This document shows, piece after piece, positions 44,659 to 54,100 of a stretch of DNA of 64,000 nt (position 1 is its first letter; the number at the start of each line of letters is the position of its first letter). The notes under the pieces are model-generated. The model saw only the letters and a program-made list of their open reading frames with translations. It made no database searches and was not told the DNA's origin. The position numbers and the translations under genes were made by a program. This stretch comes from an uncultured Prevotellaceae bacterium (lineage in GTDB: Bacteria; Bacteroidota; Bacteroidia; Bacteroidales; Bacteroidaceae): NCBI GenBank assembly GCA_900317635.1, contig ONHN01000012.1:199-64198 (forward strand). The letters run 5' to 3'.

Positions 44659-47514
44659 TTACTTCACCACTTTCCGTGCGCGCCCGTCAGCCTCCTGAAT
44701 GATGTTGACGCCCACTGCAGGTTGCATAAGTTGGCGGCCTTGCCCATCGTAGATGCGCTGCGCGCGAGAGGCGTTGACTTCGGACGAAGCAATGCCCGTG
44801 GTGAGCGGGCGAAGATGAAGCAATGACTGCGCGGAGCGCGTGCCCGATACCAGCACGCAAGCTTCGGCCCAGGCACAATCGGGCTGCATAAAGACCTCTT
44901 TCCCTGCCTCTTGCAGATAGTAGCTTCCTTCGCCGTTGGTATAAAGGAGAAAGTTGGTGCCTTGCGCCGTGAAGGTGAAGGCGGGATAGCCAGAGGACGA
45001 GGGCGTGGAGCACAGCATGGCGGGACGTCGCTGCTCAGCAAGTTGCGCGTTTTGCAGGCGCACGCTACCTTCAGCGTTAAGACCCTCGGCGAAGGTCCAT
45101 AGGTAGGCTCTGTTGCTCTCCACATCGGTTGGCAGCGCTGCGCGCTTCAAGCGGTAGCCGCTATAGTCGGCGTTAGGCGGGGTGAGGCAAAGGCCTTCGG
45201 TGTCGGCTGCGCCGTACCATGGCTGCGCATTGGTCAGTGTGTAGAGCGTCCCGAGGTCTGGCACACACTGAACCCAGACCTCGGGCTTAAAATCCGCGAA
45301 GTATTTTTGGAACAACTCCTTCGCCACGGCCACTTCATCGCCTTCGGCCTCGGCCTTAAAGCTGCCGTATGCGTATGGTGCTTCTTCGGGCAAATAGTTT
45401 ACGTTTTGGCCCGACGTGCCGTTGGCGAAAGGCCATTCGTATTGTTGGAACCAGCTTTGCGACGTGAAGCGTCGGCTGAAGAAGGCTTTCCAGCGGGGAT
45501 AATAGTAGCTTGAGAGTAGTCCGTTCCATTCGCGGTTAGCGTAGTCGTGCAGTCCGCCCGTTTCGCATTGCGCAAGGTCGCCCCACGTGGTGAGCAACAT
45601 GCGGGCGTTCTTTTCGTAGAGTGCCTTCTCTTCGTCGGTCACGGCGAGTGCGCATGCCATTTCCGTCCAGCGGCCTAAGCGAAACTCTGTGCGCGTGCCG
45701 AGCAGGCGGTCTTGGTCGAGGATGAGTTGTAAGAAGCGGGCGGCTATGTCCTGACGCTCTGTACCCGTTGCCGTAGAAATGGAGTCGAGCGTCAGCTTGC
45801 CGTAGTCGGCAAGCACTTGACGCATGAGGTCGACGAGGTCGTAACGATAGTTGTCGTTGCCCTGAAGCTCGTCGGCGACGGAGAGCATGGTGTAGAGAGC
45901 TGCGCGAAGCTCCGTCATATCCCAGTACCACGTGGAGTTGGCCCACGAACTGACTGTGCCGGGCTTCGTGGCGGGGCGCATGAGGAAGACGCTCTCCGTC
46001 GTTCCTTGCTGCGGATTGTTGGGGCAGTTGTAAACGCCTGCGCCCAAGGTGCGCCATACAGAGAGCAGTGCATCGTAGGCGGCGGTACCAGGCTGGGCGC
46101 CGTAGCGCATGAAGACGTACTGCTGTAGCCACGTGTCGCGCGTGAGGTCCTCGCTGGTCCAGGGCAAAGCGTAGAGGAGGTCGTAGATCATGGCGTTGTT
46201 TTCGATGCCTTCGGGTATGGCACCAATGCCTACAAGCGCGTTGCTGGCTGCATTGTTGCGGGCGGAGTAATAGCAGTTGATAAGGCGGTCCATACGTCCG
46301 AAGAGGCCTACGTTTCCGCCGAAGTTGGAGACTTGTCCCCAAATCCAGTCGTGGTTTTGGCCAGAAGCGGTAGTATGATGTCCGCTGCACGCCACGTCGG
46401 CTTGGTTGTCGCCGTGGAGGTCGAGGATGATGAGCCGTCCGCGCGGCACGGTGTGGGTCAGGATGGTGGTTGGGTTATCTTGCCAATGCTGGCACACCCA
46501 AAGGGCCTCGCTGTCGTAGGCTTGCAGGGCGTTCCACATGGCTTCGACGCTGGCCTTGGCGTTGGTGACCCCCGAGGGCACACCGCCTTCGTGGAAGGGG
46601 TCGATAGCATAGAGGTGGGTGGTGCAGACGTCGCCGTAAAGACGCTGGAAAGCAGCGTAGTATTGCGCTGCGAACTCCTCGAGGCGCTCCGTGTTGTTGA
46701 CGAAAGCCGGACGCGTGAAGGAGCACCACTTGCCTCCGTCAACGATGTCGGCAGATGTCCAGTTGGCCACACGGTCGGCGCTGGCGCGCGTCAGGAAGTT
46801 TTTGGGCACCATGCCCACGTAGCCTGGCACGACGGGCGACATGCCGAAGTCGGCCATACGCGCAAAGATTTTGCGTGCCAGCTCGGTGCGTTGCTCGTAC
46901 CACGAAGCGGGCTGCGGGCCGCCCCATGCCGTGAGGTTGTTCATAAAGAACCAACCGTAGTAGGCAGCACCTGAGACAAACTCGTTCACTCCGTCGAGGC
47001 CTTCATAGCCGTAGCCCGTTTGCAGAACGTCGCGCCAAACGCTCTCCATCCCGACGATGGCCAAGGGCATGTTCACGCCGTGCAAGGCCATCCAGTCAAT
47101 CTCCTGCTGCCAACGCTCCCAACCCCAAAAGGCCATGGAATAGCTGTGGGTGCAGAAGTTGAGGTAATAGCGCCAGGGCACGCTGGCTGTATGCTGCTCC
47201 ACGCTGCAAACGGGGAGGGTTTCGGGCAGTCGGCCCGTAGGCGAATTCCAAGATATATTTACGCCTGCATAATGTTGCAGATACCAATTGATGCCCGTGG
47301 CGATGGCTACATAGTCGGAGCCTTCGACGCTGACCTTGGCACCGTCGCACGAGATGTTGAACTGCTGTGCGGGAGCATCCTCAAGTAGCGTCCACGTGAA
47401 CTTTTCGGCATCGCCGTTCTCGGGCAAGATGCGATGCAGGAGGTCTTCTACCGCATCGGCTCTGCCGCCGAGGGCCACAGCCGTAAAAAGAAGGAGTGTA
47501 CAAATCTTTTTCAT
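44659..47514 (-). CDS. Alpha-N-acetylglucosaminidase (GH89) with extra C-terminal domain and T9SS-type tail
   Basis: RYYLNFCTHSYSMAFWGWERWQQEIDWMALHGVN, DPFHEG, PEGIENN, LHDYANREWNGL; tail TGI...IYDGQGRQL...GVNII...RKVVK. Confidence 0.92.
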   Translation of the reverse strand: MKKICTLLLFTAVALGGRADAVEDLLHRILPENGDAEKFTWTLLEDAPAQQFNISCDGAKVSVEGSDYVAIATGINWYLQHYAGVNISWNSPTGRLPETLPVCSVEQHTASVPWRYYLNFCTHSYSMAFWGWERWQQEIDWMALHGVNMPLAIVGMESVWRDVLQTGYGYEGLDGVNEFVSGAAYYGWFFMNNLTAWGGPQPASWYEQRTELARKIFARMADFGMSPVVPGYVGMVPKNFLTRASADRVANWTSADIVDGGKWCSFTRPAFVNNTERLEEFAAQYYAAFQRLYGDVCTTHLYAIDPFHEGGVPSGVTNAKASVEAMWNALQAYDSEALWVCQHWQDNPTTILTHTVPRGRLIILDLHGDNQADVACSGHHTTASGQNHDWIWGQVSNFGGNVGLFGRMDRLINCYYSARNNAASNALVGIGAIPEGIENNAMIYDLLYALPWTSEDLTRDTWLQQYVFMRYGAQPGTAAYDALLSVWRTLGAGVYNCPNNPQQGTTESVFLMRPATKPGTVSSWANSTWYWDMTELRAALYTMLSVADELQGNDNYRYDLVDLMRQVLADYGKLTLDSISTATGTERQDIAARFLQLILDQDRLLGTRTEFRLGRWTEMACALAVTDEEKALYEKNARMLLTTWGDLAQCETGGLHDYANREWNGLLSSYYYPRWKAFFSRRFTSQSWFQQYEWPFANGTSGQNVNYLPEEAPYAYGSFKAEAEGDEVAVAKELFQKYFADFKPEVWVQCVPDLGTLYTLTNAQPWYGAADTEGLCLTPPNADYSGYRLKRAALPTDVESNRAYLWTFAEGLNAEGSVRLQNAQLAEQRRPAMLCSTPSSSGYPAFTFTAQGTNFLLYTNGEGSYYLQEAGKEVFMQPDCAWAEACVLVSGTRSAQSLLHLRPLTTGIASSEVNASRAQRIYDGQGRQLMQPAVGVNIIQEADGRARKVVK

Positions 47515-47697
47515 CGTTTGTAGTTATGTGGTTTGTGATGTATCTACCATTTGGCGGCAAGCCACGAGGTAGCTGGCTGAAGCCCCACGGCTTACAAAGG
47601 GCAAAGATAATAAATTTCGCTCAAAAATGCAATGTTTAGGCGAACCTTTTTCGTCCCTTTTGCAAAAAACTCGTTGCCCTGCGAGCAAACAGAGTAA

Positions 47698-47734
47698 AGC
47701 CGCGCACAGCAGGACTTGCGAGCTGTGCGCGGCT
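47698..47734 (-). terminator. Terminator after galK
   Basis: AGCCGCGCACAGC...GCTGTGCGCGGCT stem. Confidence 0.65.
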
Positions 47735-47768
47735 ATAATATTAATATGGTATGGTTCGGAAACGGGGC

Positions 47769-48929
47769 TTAGCAAAGCTTGCGTGCGCCGTCGCCGATAA
47801 CTACGTCGATGACGATGGGCTTCTTGCCGTATTTCTGTTCGAACTTCTCGACAACGACTTTCTTAAAGTTGGGCGCGAGTTCGTCGGCCACGAGGTTGAT
47901 GGTGCAACCGCCAAAGCCGCCGCCCATGATGCGGGAGCCCGTCACGCCACACTCCTTAGCCACGTCGTTGAGGAAGTCGAGCTCTTCGCAGCTCACTTCG
48001 TACTCCTTGGAGAGGCCGTAGTGGGTGTCGTACATCATCTGGCCGACTTTTTCGTAGTCATCGGCTTCGAGGGCCTCGCAGACTGCGAGCACACGAACCA
48101 CTTCGCCGATGACGTAGCGTGCGCGCTTGTATTCGGCACCGGTGATATCGTCCTTCACCTCGTCGAGCATCTCCATCGTGGCGTCGCGCAGGCTCTTCAC
48201 CTCAGGATGCTTCTTGGCAATGATTTCGGCCACGTGTTCGCACTGCAGACGACGCTCGTTGTAGGGCGAGCCTTTAAGCTCGTGCTTCACGCAGCTGTTG
48301 ACGAGGACGAGCTGATAGCCCTTGGGGTGCCAGGGGAAGTATTCTATTTCGCCGCTGCGGCAGTCCATGCGCATGAGGTTGCCAGCCTTGCCGAGGCAGG
48401 AGATGGCCTGGTCCATAATGCCGCAGTTCACGCCGATGTACTTGTGCTCGGTGCGCTGACCTACGCGGGCCAGTTCCATGCGGTCGATCTTGTTGTCGCC
48501 AAAGAGGTCGTTGAGGGCGAAAGCGTAGGTGCTCTCGAGGGCTGCACTGCTGGACATACCTGCGCCAAGGGGCACGTCGCCGGCAAAGGCGGTGTTGAAA
48601 CCTTCTACGGGCACGCCAAGAGCCATCATCTCGCGGCATACGCCGAAGATGTAGCGAGCCCAGGTGGCGCTGGGGCCTTGCTCGTCGTCGAGCGAGAACT
48701 GTACGCGGTCTTTGAGGTCGATGCTGTAAGCGTCAACCATGCGGGTGCCGTTGGGTTTGATTTCAGCAATCATGCCCTGCTCCACGGCGCCAGGGAATAC
48801 ATAACCATTGTTATAGTCGGTGTGTTCGCCGATGAGGTTGATACGACCAGGGGCTGCGTAAACGCTACCCGTCGTGCCGCCGAAGTGTTTGATGAAGCGG
48901 CTTCTTACGTCTTCAATTGTCAGTTTCAT
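47769..48929 (-). CDS. galK: Galactokinase
   Basis: APGRINLIGEHTDYN, GAGMSSSAALE, CGIMDQ, GSRIMGGGFGGC. Confidence 0.97.
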   Translation of the reverse strand: MKLTIEDVRSRFIKHFGGTTGSVYAAPGRINLIGEHTDYNNGYVFPGAVEQGMIAEIKPNGTRMVDAYSIDLKDRVQFSLDDEQGPSATWARYIFGVCREMMALGVPVEGFNTAFAGDVPLGAGMSSSAALESTYAFALNDLFGDNKIDRMELARVGQRTEHKYIGVNCGIMDQAISCLGKAGNLMRMDCRSGEIEYFPWHPKGYQLVLVNSCVKHELKGSPYNERRLQCEHVAEIIAKKHPEVKSLRDATMEMLDEVKDDITGAEYKRARYVIGEVVRVLAVCEALEADDYEKVGQMMYDTHYGLSKEYEVSCEELDFLNDVAKECGVTGSRIMGGGFGGCTINLVADELAPNFKKVVVEKFEQKYGKKPIVIDVVIGDGARKLC

Positions 48930-49030
48930 ACGTGTAGTGTGTATTTGATGGTTGAAGCGTACTTCTGCGCTTGGCGGAAAGCCCATTGCGCTCACGCCAG
49001 GCGCAAAAGTACGTGTAAATAAAAAGATTG

Positions 49031-50323
49031 TTACTCAGCTTTCTTGCTTACGCGACTACCTACGAGGGCGTAGAAGAGGATGTAGGCGGCGCAGGCAACG
49101 ACTACCCAATAGCTTTGGATGTAACCAACAGCATCGGCTACGGAGGCTTGGATGAACATCATCACAGCGCAACCGAACACCATCGTCATGAAGATACCGC
49201 TGGCAATGGCAGTGTACTTGCCAAGGCCTTCAACGGCCATGTTGAAGATAGCGCCCCACATCACGCTGGTGCAGAGGCCAACAAGCAGGAAGGCAAAGAT
49301 GCCAAGAGGAATGTCGGACCATACGACTTCGAGCTTACCCCAGTCAACGCCAGGGAAGGAAACGAGGACATCGTCGGGAGCAAACATACCGAAGAGGACG
49401 AGGCAGAGCGTGGCAATGCTGACCGTGGTGACCATTGCGCGGCTGCTCACTTTATCGCCGATAGCGGCACCAGCGAAACGGCCGATAAGCATCATGAACC
49501 AATACACGGCAACAATCATGCCTACCGTGGCGGCGGGAATTTGAAGGCGTGCATAGGTTTCGGGCGCGTTAAGATACTGCTGCACAAAGTTGGGCACACC
49601 TACTTCGATGCCCATATAAAGGAAGATGGCGAGCGCGCCGAGGGCGAAGTGGCGGTAGCTCATGGCACCTTTCACAAGTTCCATCTTGACGGGAGCTTGC
49701 TCGGGCTCTTCAATCTTCGTGAAGAGGATCACGACAAAGGCAATGGCGAAGATAGCGAGGGCTATCATCAAAGCGGGCGTAGCGTCCGAAATCTTTGCTT
49801 TCGTTGCGTCGGCAATGAGCGCACCCATGAGGATGTAGCAGCAAACGGCAGCCGTGGAGTTGAACACACCGCCAATCTGAATGAGCTGATTGCCCTTGTT
49901 GCCACCGCCGCCAAGGAGGTTGAGCATGGGGTTTACCACGCAGTTGAGGATGCACATCGTCAGACCGCTGATGAAGGCACCGAGGAGGTAAACGGCGAAG
50001 ACCGTACCGATGTTGGAGCCGTCGCCAGCGTCGATGAGGCCGCTGCACCACTGAATGAGGATACCGATGATGCCGACTACGAGGCCGATAAGGGCCGTCT
50101 TCTTGTAGCCGAACTTAGAGATGAGCATACCGGCGGGGATACCCATGACGAGGTAAGCCACGAAGTTGCCGTAGTTACCGATCTGGGCCAGCACGTTGCT
50201 GATTTCACCTTGATTCTTGATAATGGTTGCCATCGGCGTGCAAAGGTTCGTCACGAAAGCAATCATTGCGAAAAGGGCTATCATCACGCAGATGGCGCCC
50301 CATTGTTTAGCTTGTTTTGCCAT
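49031..50323 (-). CDS. Glucose/galactose MFS transporter (FucP/GluP family)
   Basis: Multi-TM; LGALAIFLYMGIEVG, TSVMWGAIF; lies between galM and galK. Confidence 0.88.
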   Translation of the reverse strand: MAKQAKQWGAICVMIALFAMIAFVTNLCTPMATIIKNQGEISNVLAQIGNYGNFVAYLVMGIPAGMLISKFGYKKTALIGLVVGIIGILIQWCSGLIDAGDGSNIGTVFAVYLLGAFISGLTMCILNCVVNPMLNLLGGGGNKGNQLIQIGGVFNSTAAVCCYILMGALIADATKAKISDATPALMIALAIFAIAFVVILFTKIEEPEQAPVKMELVKGAMSYRHFALGALAIFLYMGIEVGVPNFVQQYLNAPETYARLQIPAATVGMIVAVYWFMMLIGRFAGAAIGDKVSSRAMVTTVSIATLCLVLFGMFAPDDVLVSFPGVDWGKLEVVWSDIPLGIFAFLLVGLCTSVMWGAIFNMAVEGLGKYTAIASGIFMTMVFGCAVMMFIQASVADAVGYIQSYWVVVACAAYILFYALVGSRVSKKAE

Positions 50324-50357
50324 GTATTTGATTATTTAAGTTATTATTGTTTCTCTT

Positions 50358-51437
50358 TTACTCCACTCCGAACTTATAGACCGTCTTTTGCGTATAGACT
50401 TCGCCTGGCTTGAGTACGACGCTGGGGAAGTAGGGATGGTTGGGGCTGTCGGGGAAGTGTTGGGCTTCGAAGCAGAGGGCGCTGCGGCGTCCGAAGGTGG
50501 CGCCGTGCTGGCCTTTGTAGCCGTCGGCCCAGTTGTCGCTGTAGAACTGAACGCCGGGCTCGGTGGTATAGACCTCCATCGTGCGGCCGCTCCGAGGCTC
50601 TACAATCTTAGCGGCGAAGGACAACTCGCCCACTTCTTTCTTGTTGAGCACGTAGCAGTGGTCGTAGCCTGCGCCGTTCTTGATTTGCTCGTCGTCGGCA
50701 TCGATGTCTTGGCCTACGGGCTTCGGCGTGCGGAAGTCGAAGGGGGTGCCAGCTACTTTGCGGATTTCGCCCGTGGGGATGCTCGTATCGTCGATGGGGA
50801 GGTAGAAGTCGGCGTTGATTTGGCATACAACGTCCATCGCGCTGGGCGTGGGGTTGGCAATGCCAGAGAGCGAGAAGAAGCCGTGGCTCGTCATGTTGAC
50901 GATGGTCTTCTTGTTCGTGGTGCCCTTATAGTCGATGACGAGTTCGTTGTCCTCCGTCAGCGTGTACTTCACGGTCATGGTCAACTCGCCGGGGAAGCCT
51001 TCTTGGTAGTAGGCCGAAACGTAGCGCAGGACGAGGGTTTGCTCGTTGATTTGCTCTGCGTCCCAAACGCGGGCGTGGAAGCCCGTAGGTCCGCCGTGCA
51101 GGTGGTTGGGGCCGTTGTTGACGGCCAGGGTGTACTCCTTGCCGTTGAGCTGGAACTTGCCGCGGGCAATGCGGTTGCCGTAGCGTCCTACGAGGGTGGA
51201 GAGGAACGGCTCGGGCGAACTGATGCAGTCGTCGATGCAGTCGTGTCCCTGAATGACGTTGGCATACTTCCCGTCGCGGTCGGGTACCATAATGGCGACA
51301 AGGGAACCGCCGTAATTCGTCACAGCTACTTCCATGCCGCCACTGTTGCGCAGGATGAAGAGGTCAACCTCTTTGCCTTGTACTTCTTTCTGGAAATCCT
51401 CACGACGGAGGCCACAGAGGGGGGTCTTTACTTCCAT
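50358..51437 (-). CDS. galM: Aldose 1-epimerase (galactose mutarotase)
   Basis: VGRYGNRI, NHLHGG, NMTSH, GYDHCY, CFEAQHFPDSPN. Confidence 0.95.
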   Translation of the reverse strand: MEVKTPLCGLRREDFQKEVQGKEVDLFILRNSGGMEVAVTNYGGSLVAIMVPDRDGKYANVIQGHDCIDDCISSPEPFLSTLVGRYGNRIARGKFQLNGKEYTLAVNNGPNHLHGGPTGFHARVWDAEQINEQTLVLRYVSAYYQEGFPGELTMTVKYTLTEDNELVIDYKGTTNKKTIVNMTSHGFFSLSGIANPTPSAMDVVCQINADFYLPIDDTSIPTGEIRKVAGTPFDFRTPKPVGQDIDADDEQIKNGAGYDHCYVLNKKEVGELSFAAKIVEPRSGRTMEVYTTEPGVQFYSDNWADGYKGQHGATFGRRSALCFEAQHFPDSPNHPYFPSVVLKPGEVYTQKTVYKFGVE

Positions 51438-51747
51438 AACTTTTATGGTATTGATTGGTTTGTTGTTTAGGTGCGAAGAGCTTCTTTGCCATAGGAGAAG
51501 CAAGCGAAACTCGTTTTCTCTGCAAATTTCGCAAAAACTTTCAGACTAACAAAACAAAACGTCGGAAATCTTTTGCGATTTTGGAAAAACTAACAAATGG
51601 GGCGCGCGCAAGGCGGAAAAAGCAGGGGGAGAGGGGTGCTGAAAGGTGCCTTAGAGCGGCGAAGAGGCTGGCAAAACGTGGTGGGAGCTAAAAAAAGGGG
51701 GAATTGTGCGCAAAGCATCCTCTTGTTGCAAAACTTTGAGTACGAAA

Positions 51748-51942
51748 CTAAAGGAGCGAACCGCCGTCGGCTAATTGCAGCAGTTCCTCTTCGCCTACTT
51801 CGCGCCCTATCCAGCGCGTGCAGGGAAGTTCTTCGGTCAGCGGATAGCGGCGCACGGGGCGCCCGCCGTCAAACTCCACCACTACGTTGTGGAGCGTGCG
51901 GCCGTCGAGCAGGCGCAGTCGGGAGAGGGCTATGCGCTTCAT
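51748..51942 (-). CDS. Small hypothetical protein (64 aa), last gene of the ileS operon
   Basis: ATG 8 bp after the DUF4296 stop; MKRIALSRL...YPLTEELPCTRWIG. Confidence 0.55.
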   Translation of the reverse strand: MKRIALSRLRLLDGRTLHNVVVEFDGGRPVRRYPLTEELPCTRWIGREVGEEELLQLADGGSLL

Positions 51943-51949
51943 CGTGGTA

Positions 51950-52885
51950 TCACTTAAAATGGTGGCCGCGCAGGGTATCGGTGCGCAGGAGGCTGTCGCG
52001 CAGGTGGCGCTCGCGCTGGCGCAGGGGCGAAACGCCCGAAAGCGTGTCGGCGGTCTGGGCGGCGTCGCGCGCGGCGGCCTCAATGCTGTCGCGCTTCAGC
52101 TCCTCGGCCGTTTTGCGCTTAGCGCGTATGCGGATGAGCTGGGGCTGAGAAACGACAAGGAATTTGGGCGCACGGTTCCACGCGGCTTCCTGATAGAGCA
52201 GGCACGTGATGCTGACGGGCTTCTCTTTGCCGATGAAGATGCTCAGTTCCTGCCTACCCGTACTGCGCACGGTCTGCATCGTGACGGCGGTGCTGTCGTT
52301 GGCATAGCGCACGGCGATGACGGCGGCGGCTGTTTTGGCTCCTTCAAGATAAACCCACTGCGTGTTGAACGTCCAGAGCAGCTGGTCGCCGTGTTGCAGG
52401 ACCGTGTCGGCTTGCAGGGTTTCTTGCAGGAAGTTTTGGCCGTTGGCGTAGAGCAGGTAGTTGGCACTGCCCGTCCAGATGTCGGTGGTGTCGCCGCCAA
52501 GGGTGGCTACGATGCGGCCGTCGGTTGCGCCGCCCTCGCTGGCCAAGCGCTCTGCCAGATGATTGTAGATTTCGTAGAGTTCGTCGGCGTGGCGGATGTA
52601 GTACTTCATAGAAGCGTCAAACTGCTTCTGGCTCACGTCGTGCTTGCGCAAGGCGGCGGCGGTGTAGAGGCGCGTGTAGTAGTCGGGATCTTCCTGGTGA
52701 GCTGCACCGAGAGCCTCGGCAAGGTGATAGTCGTAGAGCACGCGCTCGAACTGGCGGCGGCTGAGCACGTCGTCGGGGCGGTCGCCTTGACACGAGCTGA
52801 CGATGGCGGACAAGAAGACGATACCTATTATATATAGGTATGTACACAGCCGCAGGGCGTTCTTCTTGTCCGCTTGTTGTTTCAT
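51950..52885 (-). CDS. DUF4296-domain lipoprotein
   Basis: Lipobox IVSSC; PDDVLSRRQFERVLYDYHLAEA...FDASMKYY; follows lspA. Confidence 0.85.
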   Translation of the reverse strand: MKQQADKKNALRLCTYLYIIGIVFLSAIVSSCQGDRPDDVLSRRQFERVLYDYHLAEALGAAHQEDPDYYTRLYTAAALRKHDVSQKQFDASMKYYIRHADELYEIYNHLAERLASEGGATDGRIVATLGGDTTDIWTGSANYLLYANGQNFLQETLQADTVLQHGDQLLWTFNTQWVYLEGAKTAAAVIAVRYANDSTAVTMQTVRSTGRQELSIFIGKEKPVSITCLLYQEAAWNRAPKFLVVSQPQLIRIRAKRKTAEELKRDSIEAAARDAAQTADTLSGVSPLRQRERHLRDSLLRTDTLRGHHFK

Positions 52886-53601
52886 GCTTCGCTGCTGGCA
52901 ACGGTTTGCTCTTCGTGTTCTTCAGTTTCTTGCTTAGTGCCATTCCCCATCACGCGCCCCAGCGTCTTGTGATAGAAGAGGAGCATGGCGGCTGCACCGC
53001 AATCGATGCTGGCGTCGGCAAAGTTGAAGATAGCGTTGAAGAATACGCGGCCGCCTACGAGCGGCACCCAATCGGGCCAGGTGAAGAGGGGGAAATAGAA
53101 CATATCTACCACGCGCCCTTCAAACATGCGCCCGTATCCCTCGCCAAAGGCCACGAGCTCTGCCGGCGCGGCAAACTCGCTGCTTTCGGTGAAGATAAGC
53201 CCATAGAAGAGGTTGTCGATGATGTTGCCTGCCGCGCCTGCTATGATCATGGCCATGCAGACGATGAAGCCCATAGGCAAGCGGCTGGCAATGGCGCGCA
53301 AGAGCAGGTACACAAAGCCTGCTACGGCTGCCACGCGGAAAATGGCCAACGGTGCCGTGCCTATGAAGTCCATGCCGAAAGCCATGCCTCGGTTTTCGGT
53401 GAAGAGGATTTGCCACCAAGGGGTCACTTCGTAGCTCTCGTGGAGCCAGAAGTGGGTCTTGACGTAAACCTTCAGTGCCTGGTCGATGCAGAGCACAGCC
53501 AAGATGACGAGGCAAGCAACAACCCCCCGTCCGCCACACGGCGTAGCGGGTGCGGCGGAGAGGGGTTGGGGTTGTTGTGCGTCGGTTTGGCTTAGGTTCA
53601 T
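52882..53601 (-). CDS. lspA: Lipoprotein signal peptidase
   Basis: IDQALK, ENRGMAFG, AGAAGNIID, RVVDMFYF, IFNFADA. Confidence 0.93.
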   Translation of the reverse strand: MNLSQTDAQQPQPLSAAPATPCGGRGVVACLVILAVLCIDQALKVYVKTHFWLHESYEVTPWWQILFTENRGMAFGMDFIGTAPLAIFRVAAVAGFVYLLLRAIASRLPMGFIVCMAMIIAGAAGNIIDNLFYGLIFTESSEFAAPAELVAFGEGYGRMFEGRVVDMFYFPLFTWPDWVPLVGGRVFFNAIFNFADASIDCGAAAMLLFYHKTLGRVMGNGTKQETEEHEEQTVASSEA

Positions 53602-53996
53602 TTCATTGCCTCTTGACGCTGTTTCTCTATTTGCTTTCCTTCAATGGTCAGCGTGGCGTGAGGAACAGCGCGCAAACGTTCTTTCGGTATGAGCTTACCC
53701 GTGATGCGGCAAACGCCATACGTCTTGTTCTCTATGCGTTCCAAGGCTCCCTTCAAGCCTTGAATGAACTTCAGCTGGCGCGCGGCCATACTCGTGAGTT
53801 CTTCTTTCGACTGAACGGCCGAGCCTTCTTCGAGAATTTTATACGTAGGACTGGTGTCCACGACGTCGTTGCCGCCACGGTTCATCAGTATGTCCATGAT
53901 TTCATCGTATTCCACTTTGGCCTTTTCGAGTTTCTCGACCACGAGCTGCTTGAACTCTTGCAGTTCCTCATCGCTGTAACGGAGTTTCTCTTCCAT
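53598..53996 (-). CDS. TraR/DksA family protein
   Basis: RYSDEELQEFK...ALERIENKTYGVCRITGKLIPKERLRAVPHATL. Confidence 0.9.
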   Translation of the reverse strand: MEEKLRYSDEELQEFKQLVVEKLEKAKVEYDEIMDILMNRGGNDVVDTSPTYKILEEGSAVQSKEELTSMAARQLKFIQGLKGALERIENKTYGVCRITGKLIPKERLRAVPHATLTIEGKQIEKQRQEAMK

Positions 53997-54100
53997 AAGT
54001 GTAAGATGTTTAAGTGTTGTTTAGGTGTTTGTGTTTATTTGCTTTCTCGAACGCTGTCAACATGCCTTCATCAGTCCCGGGGGGCGTTCATGGTTAAGGT

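Noticed and set aside
47769-51437. gal operon lacking galT and galE
   Set aside because: galM-transporter-galK is the normal Bacteroidales arrangement.
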